Under the pieces are notes generated by a model that saw only the letters and a program-made list of their open reading frames with translations, did no database searches and was not told the origin of the DNA. DNA of 64,000 bases. It comes from Candidatus Hydrogenedentota bacterium (GTDB lineage Bacteria; Hydrogenedentota; Hydrogenedentia; Hydrogenedentales; JAEUWI01). Positions 1 to 7,885 of this stretch are shown here, piece after piece; the first letter of the stretch is position 1, and each line of letters begins with the position of its first letter. The DNA lies in the NCBI GenBank assembly GCA_034669905.1, contig JAXMOL010000007.1:96001-160000 (forward strand). The letters are read 5' to 3'. Position numbers and translations under genes: made by a program.

Positions 1-567
1 AACCGGGAGTCGGAACACATCAAGAATCTCTACGGCCTCGACGAAAAAGAGACCGAAGTCTTCGGCCGCAACTGCCTCATGGCCCGCCGCCTCGTGGAGC
101 GGGGCGTGCGCTTTGTGCAGCTCTACAGCGGAACGGGCAGCAAGTGGGATTCCCACGACAGTATTGAGAAGAAACACAGCGCCCTGTGCCGCAGTATGGA
201 CAAACCCGTCGCGGGGCTGTTGAAAGACTTGAAACAGCGGGGCCTCCTGGACGAGACCCTCGTGGTCTGGGGCGGCGAATTCGGCCGCACGCCCATGAGC
301 GAAAAAGGCGATGGCCGCGACCACAACCCCACGGGCTTTTCCATGTGGATGGCCGGTGGCGGGGTGAAGGGTGGCCAGGTCATCGGTGCCACCGACGAGT
401 TGGGGCTCTATGCGGTGGAAGACAAAATGCACGTCCACGATATCCACGCGTCCATTCTGGGACTCCTGGGGCTCGACAACATGGAGCTCACCTACAATCA
501 TGGCGGTCGGCTGGAACGTCCCACGATTAACGAAGGTGTCTTCAATAAGAAATTGATCGGGGCTTAG
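1..567 (+). CDS. DUF1501 domain-containing protein (sulfatase-like fold), 5'-truncated by the window edge
   Basis: Frame is open from base 1; [43 protein letters not shown] and GRDH are characteristic DUF1501 C-terminal motifs. Confidence 0.9.
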   Translation, partial: NRESEHIKNLYGLDEKETEVFGRNCLMARRLVERGVRFVQLYSGTGSKWDSHDSIEKKHSALCRSMDKPVAGLLKDLKQRGLLDETLVVWGGEFGRTPMSEKGDGRDHNPTGFSMWMAGGGVKGGQVIGATDELGLYAVEDKMHVHDIHASILGLLGLDNMELTYNHGGRLERPTINEGVFNKKLIGA

Positions 568-593
568 GGCGCAAAGGGTGGCGGTGGGTAGGC

Positions 594-756
594 CTTCGTG
601 GGACCGATGGGGCGTATAGGGCGTATGACCGCGAGGGTTCCCAAGGATTTCTTGGGCCAACGCAGTGCGTCTTTCTCATCTATCGCCCCAACTATTCCTT
701 GGCCTTTGAGACGTCTTCATCGGTCCCATAGGCCCCATACGTCCCATCGGGCGAAG
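594..756. repeat. Intergenic inverted arrays of 9-bp units (ATGGGACNN-like) forming a long hairpin
   Basis: Left arm gtgggaccg-atggggcgt-atagggcgt-atg (598-627); right arm cat-cggtcccat-aggccccat-acgtcccat (718-747) is its approximate reverse complement; inner ccaagga/tccttgg also pair. Confidence 0.75.
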
Positions 757-801
757 ACCGCATCGCTCAATACCGTAGCGCCTCACCACAAAGGAAGAAA
801 C

Positions 802-3093
802 ATGAGTCGGGTCCGTAGTTTCGCGACGTCGTACGTCGTTGCCTTTTTGATCTTGCCATCGCTTACCCCTGCCCAACCCGCCATCGTGGTGGGCGCGGAA
901 GCCTCACCGGCCACGCGGCATGCCGCCGAAGAACTTCAGCACTTCCTGCAGCAAATGTCGGGCAAAGAATACGCCCTCACCCTCGATACGGAACCCCTGC
1001 CCGCGGAGGCCTTCGTGGTTGGGGTCAATGCCCACACGCAGGCCCTGATGCAGGAAGAACCCGCCGGCGTGGCACTGTCCTATGCGCTCAAAGGACTGGG
1101 CGATGAGGGTTACGTGCTGCAGAACATCGGACCCCACCTGGTCATCGCGGGCAGCGAAGTGCGCGGCACCCTTTATGGCGTCTATGATCTGCTCGAAGAA
1201 CACTACGGCTGTCGCTGGTTCACCGCCACGGTGTCCCATATCCCCACCATTGCCGACCTGGCCATCCCCGCCATCAGCAAACGGGTCGTTCCCGTGCTCG
1301 AATCCCGCGAACCTTTCACTACCGAAGCGCGCGATGTCGATTGGTGCGCCCGCAACCGCATGAACAGCAGCGCCGCCGCCCTGGAAGAAAAACACGGGGG
1401 CAAGGTCCGCTTTGGTAACGGACTCTTCGTCCACACCTTCAATGTGCTCCTGCCGCCCAGCGAGTTCTTCGCCGAGCATCCCGAATACTACTCGCTGGTA
1501 AACGGCGAGCGTCTGGGCGAGCGCACCCAACTCTGTTGCACCAACGAAGACGTCATCCGCCTGTGCACCGAACGGGTCCTGGCGCGCATCGCCGCCGACC
1601 CGGATGCCTTCGTCTATTCCGTCTCTCAAAATGACTGGCTCAACTGGTGTGAATGTGATAACTGCACCGCCATCGCGGAGCGGGAAGGCACCCAGATGGG
1701 CCCCGTGCTCCACCTGGTCAACCAGGTGGCCGAGGCGGTGGCCAAAGTCTACCCCGACAAGGCCATTGAGACCCTGGCCTATCAGTACACTCGTAAGCCG
1801 CCCGCCCATATGCGCCCCCGGGACAACGTCATCATCCGTCTTTGCAGTATTGAGTGCGACTTCATGCAGCCCCTGGAAACCAGCGACTTTCCCGACAACG
1901 GCGCCTTTGTGGCCGATCTGGAAGGCTGGTCTACCGTTTCTGACCGGCTCTGGATTTGGGACTATGTCACCAGCTTCCGTAGCTACCTTTGCCCCTACCC
2001 CAACCTCCGGGTGCGGAACGACAACATTCAACTTTTCATAGAAAATAATGTGACGGGGATTTTCGAACAGGATGTGTACAACACCCTGGGCGGCGAGTTC
2101 TCTGAGCTGAGTGCCTACCTTAATGCCAAGCTGTTGTGGAATCCCCACTACGGTGAAGATCGCGCTATCAACGAGTTTCTGGCGGGGGTTTATGGGGACG
2201 CTGCGCAACCCATTCGTGCCTACATTGACCTGCTCCATGACCACGTGATGGAAAAGAACCACCATGCCGATATCTGGGTGGGACCCCGCACCGCGCCCTT
2301 CCTGAATGGTGCCTTGCTCACCCGGGCCAGTGCCCTGTGGGACGAAGCCGAGGCCCGCGTCGCCCATAAGCCTGACGTGCTGACCCGAGTCCGTGCGGCC
2401 CGCTTGCCGGTGGAGTATGCCATCCTCGACCGGGCCAACAGCACGGGACTCGCGGGCGTGAAGATTGACCACAGCGCCTTTACCGCCACCGTGGACCCCG
2501 CCTTCGCCGACCGCGTGCGTCGCTTCTTTGCGGTGGCCGAAGCGGCAGGTGTGACCCGAATGGACGAAAACCAGACCACCCTGGCGGAGTACAAGGAGAC
2601 CTTCTCCAGCACGTTGCAGGGTGACACTGTGCAATTCGAGGCCCAGCCTGCCGTCACGCCGGAGGGCCTGGCACCGGGTATTGCCTACCGCTATATCGTG
2701 GGTTCTTTTGAAGCGGTTGCGGACTTCCAGGATAGCCCGACCACGGCGGCGGGTATTTCGCCGGTCATCACGATGGATGTCAAAGGCCCGGAAGATGAAT
2801 TTGCCCTGGTCTTTGAGGGCTTTATCGATGTGCCGGAAGACGGCATGTACACCTTCTACACCGAATCCAATGACGGAAGCCGGCTCTACATCGACGGCAA
2901 TGAAGTGGTGGAAAACGACGGCCTTCACCGCGCCGAAACCCGTGCGGGCATCGTGGCCCTGAGAAAGGGCCTGCATGCCCTTGAGGTGAAGTATTTTCAG
3001 GCGGGCATGCGCTCGGCCTTTGAGGTGTATTGGTCCGGGCCAAACTTTGGCCAGGAACGCATCCCCGGGGTGCGCCTCTTTCACGTAGAGTGA
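802..3093 (+). CDS. Secreted DUF4838 domain protein with GH67/GH20-like N-terminal domain and C-terminal PA14 domain
   Basis: ATG at 802 with aaggaag RBS and signal-peptide-like N-terminus; RGTLYGVYDLLE..GCRWF, HTF..L.P...F.EHPEYY, QLC, WCECDNC; PA14-type YTFYTESNDGSRLYIDG...NDGLH. Confidence 0.85.
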   Translation: MSRVRSFATSYVVAFLILPSLTPAQPAIVVGAEASPATRHAAEELQHFLQQMSGKEYALTLDTEPLPAEAFVVGVNAHTQALMQEEPAGVALSYALKGLGDEGYVLQNIGPHLVIAGSEVRGTLYGVYDLLEEHYGCRWFTATVSHIPTIADLAIPAISKRVVPVLESREPFTTEARDVDWCARNRMNSSAAALEEKHGGKVRFGNGLFVHTFNVLLPPSEFFAEHPEYYSLVNGERLGERTQLCCTNEDVIRLCTERVLARIAADPDAFVYSVSQNDWLNWCECDNCTAIAEREGTQMGPVLHLVNQVAEAVAKVYPDKAIETLAYQYTRKPPAHMRPRDNVIIRLCSIECDFMQPLETSDFPDNGAFVADLEGWSTVSDRLWIWDYVTSFRSYLCPYPNLRVRNDNIQLFIENNVTGIFEQDVYNTLGGEFSELSAYLNAKLLWNPHYGEDRAINEFLAGVYGDAAQPIRAYIDLLHDHVMEKNHHADIWVGPRTAPFLNGALLTRASALWDEAEARVAHKPDVLTRVRAARLPVEYAILDRANSTGLAGVKIDHSAFTATVDPAFADRVRRFFAVAEAAGVTRMDENQTTLAEYKETFSSTLQGDTVQFEAQPAVTPEGLAPGIAYRYIVGSFEAVADFQDSPTTAAGISPVITMDVKGPEDEFALVFEGFIDVPEDGMYTFYTESNDGSRLYIDGNEVVENDGLHRAETRAGIVALRKGLHALEVKYFQAGMRSAFEVYWSGPNFGQERIPGVRLFHVE

Positions 3094-3097
3094 AGAG

Positions 3098-3328
3098 AAA
3101 GTACCTAAAGGACGGAGAGGACAGGTAGCCATGGGGCCGTGCTTGTTATCCCCGTGTCCCATTGACCGTCATTCCCGCGAAGGCGGGAATCCAGGAAGGA
3201 AACAAAGGCCAGGCTCAGCGTCTCGCTAGCGCGAATAGACGCCTGAGCGAGGCCTCATCGCCACCACATCCATCAACGCCCTTTGTCCTTTAAGTCGTTT
3301 TCGTCCTTTAGGTCCTTCGTCTTTTCTC
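3098..3328. repeat. Intergenic inverted arrays of 9-bp units (AAAGGACNN) between convergent genes
   Basis: Left aaagtacct-aaaggacgg-agaggacag (3098-3124); right ttgtccttt-aagtcgttt-tcgtccttt-aggtccttc (3283-3318), whose reverse complement reads gaaggacct-aaaggacga-aaacgactt-aaaggacaa. Confidence 0.75.
3168..3194 (+). repeat. REP-like palindrome GTCATTCCCGCGAAGGCGGGAATCCAG (ATTCCC-N8-GGGAAT core)
   Basis: attccc-gcgaaggc-gggaat at 3171-3190; a second imperfect hairpin (gctcagcgtct...agacgcctgagc) follows at about 3206-3255. Confidence 0.75.
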
Positions 3329-3330
3329 GC

Positions 3331-6300
3331 TCACCCCTCCAGCCGGAAAAAGTGCAGCGCCGTCTTGCCCGAGGCGCCTTCCCGAACCTTCACGGTCCAC
3401 ATGCCCAGTGTGTCATTGGGGGCGTGGTCCAGGCTCAGATTCAAGGCGCCGCCCGCCGCGCCATAGAAACCACTGCGCTCGGCACGCCGTCCATCGGGAT
3501 CCAGAATCGTCACTTCCATGGGTACCACCCCGTCTATCGGAGCCCCTGTTTCGTCCACCACCGTCACGTGCAGGGCGGAGGCATTCCCCCGTTTCCCCGT
3601 CTCCGGCCCGGCGATTACCACATCATCGATAGCCTTTTCCGTGACCATGAGCAACCGTCCGCCGCCCGGCTCCAGGGTTACGTCCACCGCCAACCCGTTG
3701 TCTGTCGTGGTGGGCATTACGGGGCGTCCTTCCAGCAGGTCATAGACGTGGCCACTTCGTGCAAGGGTGAGGGTGCTGCTCGCGGGCAAGCCCTTTTCCA
3801 TGACCAGGCCATGCTGCCCCACATAGTCGCCGTACTCGCGGCGGTCGTTGATCGCAAAGAGGTAGTCCGTCGTACCAAAGCGCCGGCGATAGGGAATGAC
3901 CTCGGCCTCGGTAGAATCGGCGGCAGGGCGATACTTCCCGGCAAGGGCGCTGCGCAGGGCTGCCGCACGTTCCAGGAGGGCCGCCTTGTCGGCGGCGCCA
4001 TCTTTCGTACGCAGGTAAACGGGGAGTTTAATATCGGCGACGATGGCAGGGCACACCCGCTCATCCGCCACCACGATTCCGCCTTGGGCCTGGAAGGCGT
4101 GAACCGCCGTGACGATGCTTTCCGGCAAGACATCACAATCGGTCAAAACCAGGACCTTGTATCCATCCAGCCCCCGTTGTTGGAGGGTTTCTTCGTAGAC
4201 GATCTCCGATTGGAGGTGGGCGTACTGCAGCACGTGATAGGCATCGCCCGCCCAGGAGCCGCCCCAGCCATAGGTGCCCCGTCCGGCGAAAATCTGGGCG
4301 GTAAAACTCTCCAGAAAGGCCACGTCGGCCCGGGCCGCCGGCACCTGGAGCAGGGTGGGGCCGAGGGGCTCGACCACCTGGTGTACCAGGTCTTTTAATA
4401 CGCCCTGGGTTTCCGGGTGGGTGTAGCGATAGGCCGACGTCCCTTCCGTGGGCACGAGGGACTGCCACCCGTGATACATGATGCCCTTGATGGGCCGGGC
4501 GATCTTGGTCCAGAAGGCTTCCCTTAGGTGCATGGGCGCGATGGTGATATAGGCCGCGTCGGGGTCGTAGTCCTCCCATGCCGACTGCTCGGTCGTCGGT
4601 GCCGCACCATCCTTCGCCGGTGCCGTCTGGGAGCGGTACCAGATGATCTGGGTCATCTTCATCACGTCTTGCGCATCATTGCCGCCCGCCATGGCAAAGA
4701 GCTCGTCGGTGCACAGGCCAATACGGAGCGGGTCGGGATAGCTGTAGGTCCAGTGGGAGATATAATCCACACTCCCGCCACTACCCCACAGCGAAGGTAC
4801 CCGGACCGCCGGGTCGAAGAACGTCCAGAGGTCGTCGCGGCCGGTGGATTTCAGGCCCTCATTGACCGCCGAGTGCACCCCATTCCAGCCGTCCCCTTCC
4901 CGCCAGAACCAGCGGTAGAATTCGAGCAGCTCGTGGTCATCGGGCACCACGCGGTTGGCGGGGAAGTCCGGCAGCTTCGTGTAGGAGACGCCGTTCTTGA
5001 TGACCACAGAATCCGGATACGCCTTGCCCGTGGCGGCACGATAGGCGTCCCGATCTTCCGTGTGGAAACAGACCTGGGAGCTGTCCCGCACTTCACTGTT
5101 GATGAGGGCGGCGTCGAAGGCGGGAAAATCGCCGTAGCTCTCGATAATGGAGCGGCCCACGTTGCGCGAAAAGTCCACCACACCCGGCAGATTGCAACAG
5201 GGATTCACCCGTTCATAGGGCGTGCCTTCTGCGTTAATGCGTAAGAGCTCCGGTTTCCTATCCATCCAGTGCCCATTGCCCACGCTGATGACTACACCGA
5301 GGTCGTCGGCCAGGGCCTGGTCCAGCATGCGGTAGCTGTCTGCCAGGGCGGCCTCCGAGGTTGCCGGGACGGCTTCACCCGCCTCCCAGATGTCGGCGTA
5401 GCTCGTCCGAAGTCCGAGGCAGTGGGTGAACCCCAGCTCCTTCAGCTTGGGCGTGTTCTCCGTCACCTGCTCCACGCCACCTACGCCCCACATAACCACC
5501 GGCATGCGGTGGGGAAGCTCCCGATCCACGATGGTCACGGGAAACTGTTCTGTATTGCGGTAGGTCTTATCGCCGAGGAGGTAGGTGACTTCCACCCCGT
5601 ACTTTCCCGGGCGAAGTCGGGTGTCCAATTCGAAGGGCACCGTGTGGGAATCGCCGGACGCCAGACTCGGAAGTGTGGTGTGCTTTGGGGCCATGCCCGG
5701 CACCCGCACCGTTACCTCCACGTTGGATTGGGTGATAGCGCTGACATTGGTGACCTCAAAGGCCAGGGCTGCACTTTCCTCCATGCGTCGGTAGACCGCG
5801 CGGCGGTGGGTCGCAGCCAGGGTCAGGGGACGGAATTCCCGCACGCCCCGGGCAATGCGCACATTGTCAATGTCACCGGGAAAGCCCGAGTAGGTACTGC
5901 CCACCCGGTCGCCAATGGAAAGCGCGTGGGTGCCCGGATGGATGGTGCCCCGCCCCGGCTTGGTGTTGCCGCCAAGACTACGGCCATCCTGAAGGAACTG
6001 GACGGTACCTGCGCCATCATACGTTACGGCGAGGTGGTACCAGGTGCCCGCTTCAAAGGGCGCTTTTTCGGTAGACCACCAGATTTCCGAATCGTCGCCA
6101 AAGCCCAGGGTGAGGCGTATCTGCCGTAGTCCCTGGCTATCTGGCGGGTCGAGTTTCCACTGGTAATCACTGTGGGCCACATATTTCTTGTCGAGCAGAT
6201 GGGCACCGCCATAGTCGGCGAGCTCCGCGCTGGGGCGCACCCACATTTCGAGGGTAAAGGCTCCCTGGGGCGATAAGGCGGGGGAGGAGGGCACATGAAC

Positions 6301-6579
6301 GGCATGGCGGACATCTTCCACGGGCGCCCCACGAAAAGAGGTCACGGCCCCGCCAAATTTTCCATCGGGGTTTCGCTCGGTCCCCGCCAGTTTTCCATCG
6401 TGTCCCTTACCGGAGGTGTCGACAAGCACCTCGCCCTCTCCGTCGAAGGTCCAGAAGGCCACCACATGATCGCCCTGGGCGTCATTACCGGTGTAGGGCG
6501 ATTGCCACGCTTCGGCCAGCGGGGCAGCAGCGAGGGGGAGGGAAGAACACAGGGTCAACAGCAGGGCAAGATAGCGCAC
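3331..6579 (-). CDS. Secreted LamG-like jellyroll protein with putative glycoside hydrolase TIM barrel, beta-galactosidase-trimerisation-like domain and C-terminal Ig/MG2-like domain
   Basis: Signal peptide MRYLALLLTLCSSLPLAA; LamG motifs FTLEMWVRP, WYHLAVTYDG, FPGDIDNVRI; INSE in the central domain; LDGYKVLVL..C..LP; NDTLGMWTVKVRE at the C-terminus. Confidence 0.75.
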   Translation of the reverse strand: MRYLALLLTLCSSLPLAAAPLAEAWQSPYTGNDAQGDHVVAFWTFDGEGEVLVDTSGKGHDGKLAGTERNPDGKFGGAVTSFRGAPVEDVRHAVHVPSSPALSPQGAFTLEMWVRPSAELADYGGAHLLDKKYVAHSDYQWKLDPPDSQGLRQIRLTLGFGDDSEIWWSTEKAPFEAGTWYHLAVTYDGAGTVQFLQDGRSLGGNTKPGRGTIHPGTHALSIGDRVGSTYSGFPGDIDNVRIARGVREFRPLTLAATHRRAVYRRMEESAALAFEVTNVSAITQSNVEVTVRVPGMAPKHTTLPSLASGDSHTVPFELDTRLRPGKYGVEVTYLLGDKTYRNTEQFPVTIVDRELPHRMPVVMWGVGGVEQVTENTPKLKELGFTHCLGLRTSYADIWEAGEAVPATSEAALADSYRMLDQALADDLGVVISVGNGHWMDRKPELLRINAEGTPYERVNPCCNLPGVVDFSRNVGRSIIESYGDFPAFDAALINSEVRDSSQVCFHTEDRDAYRAATGKAYPDSVVIKNGVSYTKLPDFPANRVVPDDHELLEFYRWFWREGDGWNGVHSAVNEGLKSTGRDDLWTFFDPAVRVPSLWGSGGSVDYISHWTYSYPDPLRIGLCTDELFAMAGGNDAQDVMKMTQIIWYRSQTAPAKDGAAPTTEQSAWEDYDPDAAYITIAPMHLREAFWTKIARPIKGIMYHGWQSLVPTEGTSAYRYTHPETQGVLKDLVHQVVEPLGPTLLQVPAARADVAFLESFTAQIFAGRGTYGWGGSWAGDAYHVLQYAHLQSEIVYEETLQQRGLDGYKVLVLTDCDVLPESIVTAVHAFQAQGGIVVADERVCPAIVADIKLPVYLRTKDGAADKAALLERAAALRSALAGKYRPAADSTEAEVIPYRRRFGTTDYLFAINDRREYGDYVGQHGLVMEKGLPASSTLTLARSGHVYDLLEGRPVMPTTTDNGLAVDVTLEPGGGRLLMVTEKAIDDVVIAGPETGKRGNASALHVTVVDETGAPIDGVVPMEVTILDPDGRRAERSGFYGAAGGALNLSLDHAPNDTLGMWTVKVREGASGKTALHFFRLEG

Positions 6580-6685
6580 GGGAAATACCTCATCAGGGGG
6601 TTAACAAGTGGACCGCCCATTAAAGCAAAGGACGCTGACCGAGGCAAGTTTCCGGTGATGCGCGTGGGGTGCTGAAAAACTCTCC

Positions 6686-7885
6686 TTAGAGTGCCTCGGC
6701 GGCAGCAGCGGCAGATGCCCAGGCCCACTGGAAGTTATAGCCGCCCAGCCAGCCCGTCACGTCTACCACTTCCCCGATGAAGAAAAGTCCCGGGACCTTC
6801 TTGGCCTCCATGGTCTTGGGGGAAAGGGCCTTCGTGTCCACGCCGCCCCGGGTGACTTCCGCTTTCGCGTAGCCTTCCGTACCGGCGATGGGGATGTCCC
6901 AACGCTGGAGTTGTTCGGCCATCTGGCGCAGCTGTTTGTCGGCCGTCTCGCCCAGGTTACGGTCCCAGCCGTGGTGTTCACACAATACCTTGGCAAAGCG
7001 TGCCGACAGGCGGGTGCGCAGAAAGGAGCTGGCGGAAACCGACGGCGTATTGGCTTTCAGCTGGAGCAGGTCATCATCGAGTCGGGTTTCCGGGAAGAGA
7101 TTCAGCCGAATCGCCTGACCCGGCTCCCAATACGAGGAAATCTGCAGGATGGCAGGGCCGCTTAATCCCCGGTGGGTGAGCAACACGGCCTCTTCGAAGC
7201 GCCGCTTCCCGATGGAGACCACGGCGTCAAACGATACGCCCGAAAGGGGCATCAGGTTGTTATGCACTTCCCCTTCCAGGGTAAACGGTACGAGCGCGGG
7301 TGTGCAGGGGATGAGGGGCAGTTCGAATTGCTCGGCCAGGCGATAGCCAAAATCGGTCGCGCCCAGTTTGGGGATGGAAAGCCCCCCGGTGGCCACCACC
7401 ACGGCGGGTGCCTGGAATTCACCCAGGGAGGTGTCCACCTGATAGTGGTCAGACTTCTCCACCGAGGTCACCGCGCATCCCAGATGGATATCTACCCCCG
7501 CCTCGCGGCAATCGTTTACCAGGGCGTCGATAATATCCTGGGCCGAGCGGTCGCAAAAGAGTTGTCCCAGTTTTTTCTCGTGATACGCAATGTTGTGGTG
7601 CTCTACCCACGCGATGAAATCCTGGGCGGTGTAACGGGCCAGGGCCGAGTAGCAAAAGCGCGGGTTGTTGGAAAGGTAGCGGCCCGGTTCTGTATGGATA
7701 TTGGTGAAGTTGCAGCGCCCGCCCCCGGAGATACTGATTTTCTTGCCGACCTTGTCATTGTGTTCGAGGAGCGCCACGCGGCGGCCCCGTTCGGCGGCCT
7801 TCAAGGCACACATCAGTCCGGCGGCGCCGGCTCCAATCACAATCGCATCATAATTCAGGGAAGAGGGATTCATCGTATCTTTCAC
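6686..7885 (-). CDS. HI0933/YhiN family NAD(P)/FAD-dependent oxidoreductase
   Basis: IGAGAAGL, GKKISISGGGRCNFTN, ATGGLSIP, AEVTRGGV, GEVVDVTGWLGGYNFQWAW. Confidence 0.95.
   Translation of the reverse strand: MKDTMNPSSLNYDAIVIGAGAAGLMCALKAAERGRRVALLEHNDKVGKKISISGGGRCNFTNIHTEPGRYLSNNPRFCYSALARYTAQDFIAWVEHHNIAYHEKKLGQLFCDRSAQDIIDALVNDCREAGVDIHLGCAVTSVEKSDHYQVDTSLGEFQAPAVVVATGGLSIPKLGATDFGYRLAEQFELPLIPCTPALVPFTLEGEVHNNLMPLSGVSFDAVVSIGKRRFEEAVLLTHRGLSGPAILQISSYWEPGQAIRLNLFPETRLDDDLLQLKANTPSVSASSFLRTRLSARFAKVLCEHHGWDRNLGETADKQLRQMAEQLQRWDIPIAGTEGYAKAEVTRGGVDTKALSPKTMEAKKVPGLFFIGEVVDVTGWLGGYNFQWAWASAAAAAEAL

Noticed and set aside
598..801. 68-aa N-terminal extension (MGPMGRIGRM...) of the DUF4838 ORF
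   Set aside because: It is a translation of the 9-bp repeat element; ATG 802 has the RBS and signal peptide
904..3162. 752-aa minus-strand ORF
   Set aside because: Antisense shadow of the DUF4838 gene; long reverse ORFs are expected from GC-rich codon bias and it has no recognisable motifs
594..3328. Repeats as a possible CRISPR array
   Set aside because: Units are 9 bp, contiguous and lack unique spacers; no cas genes are visible
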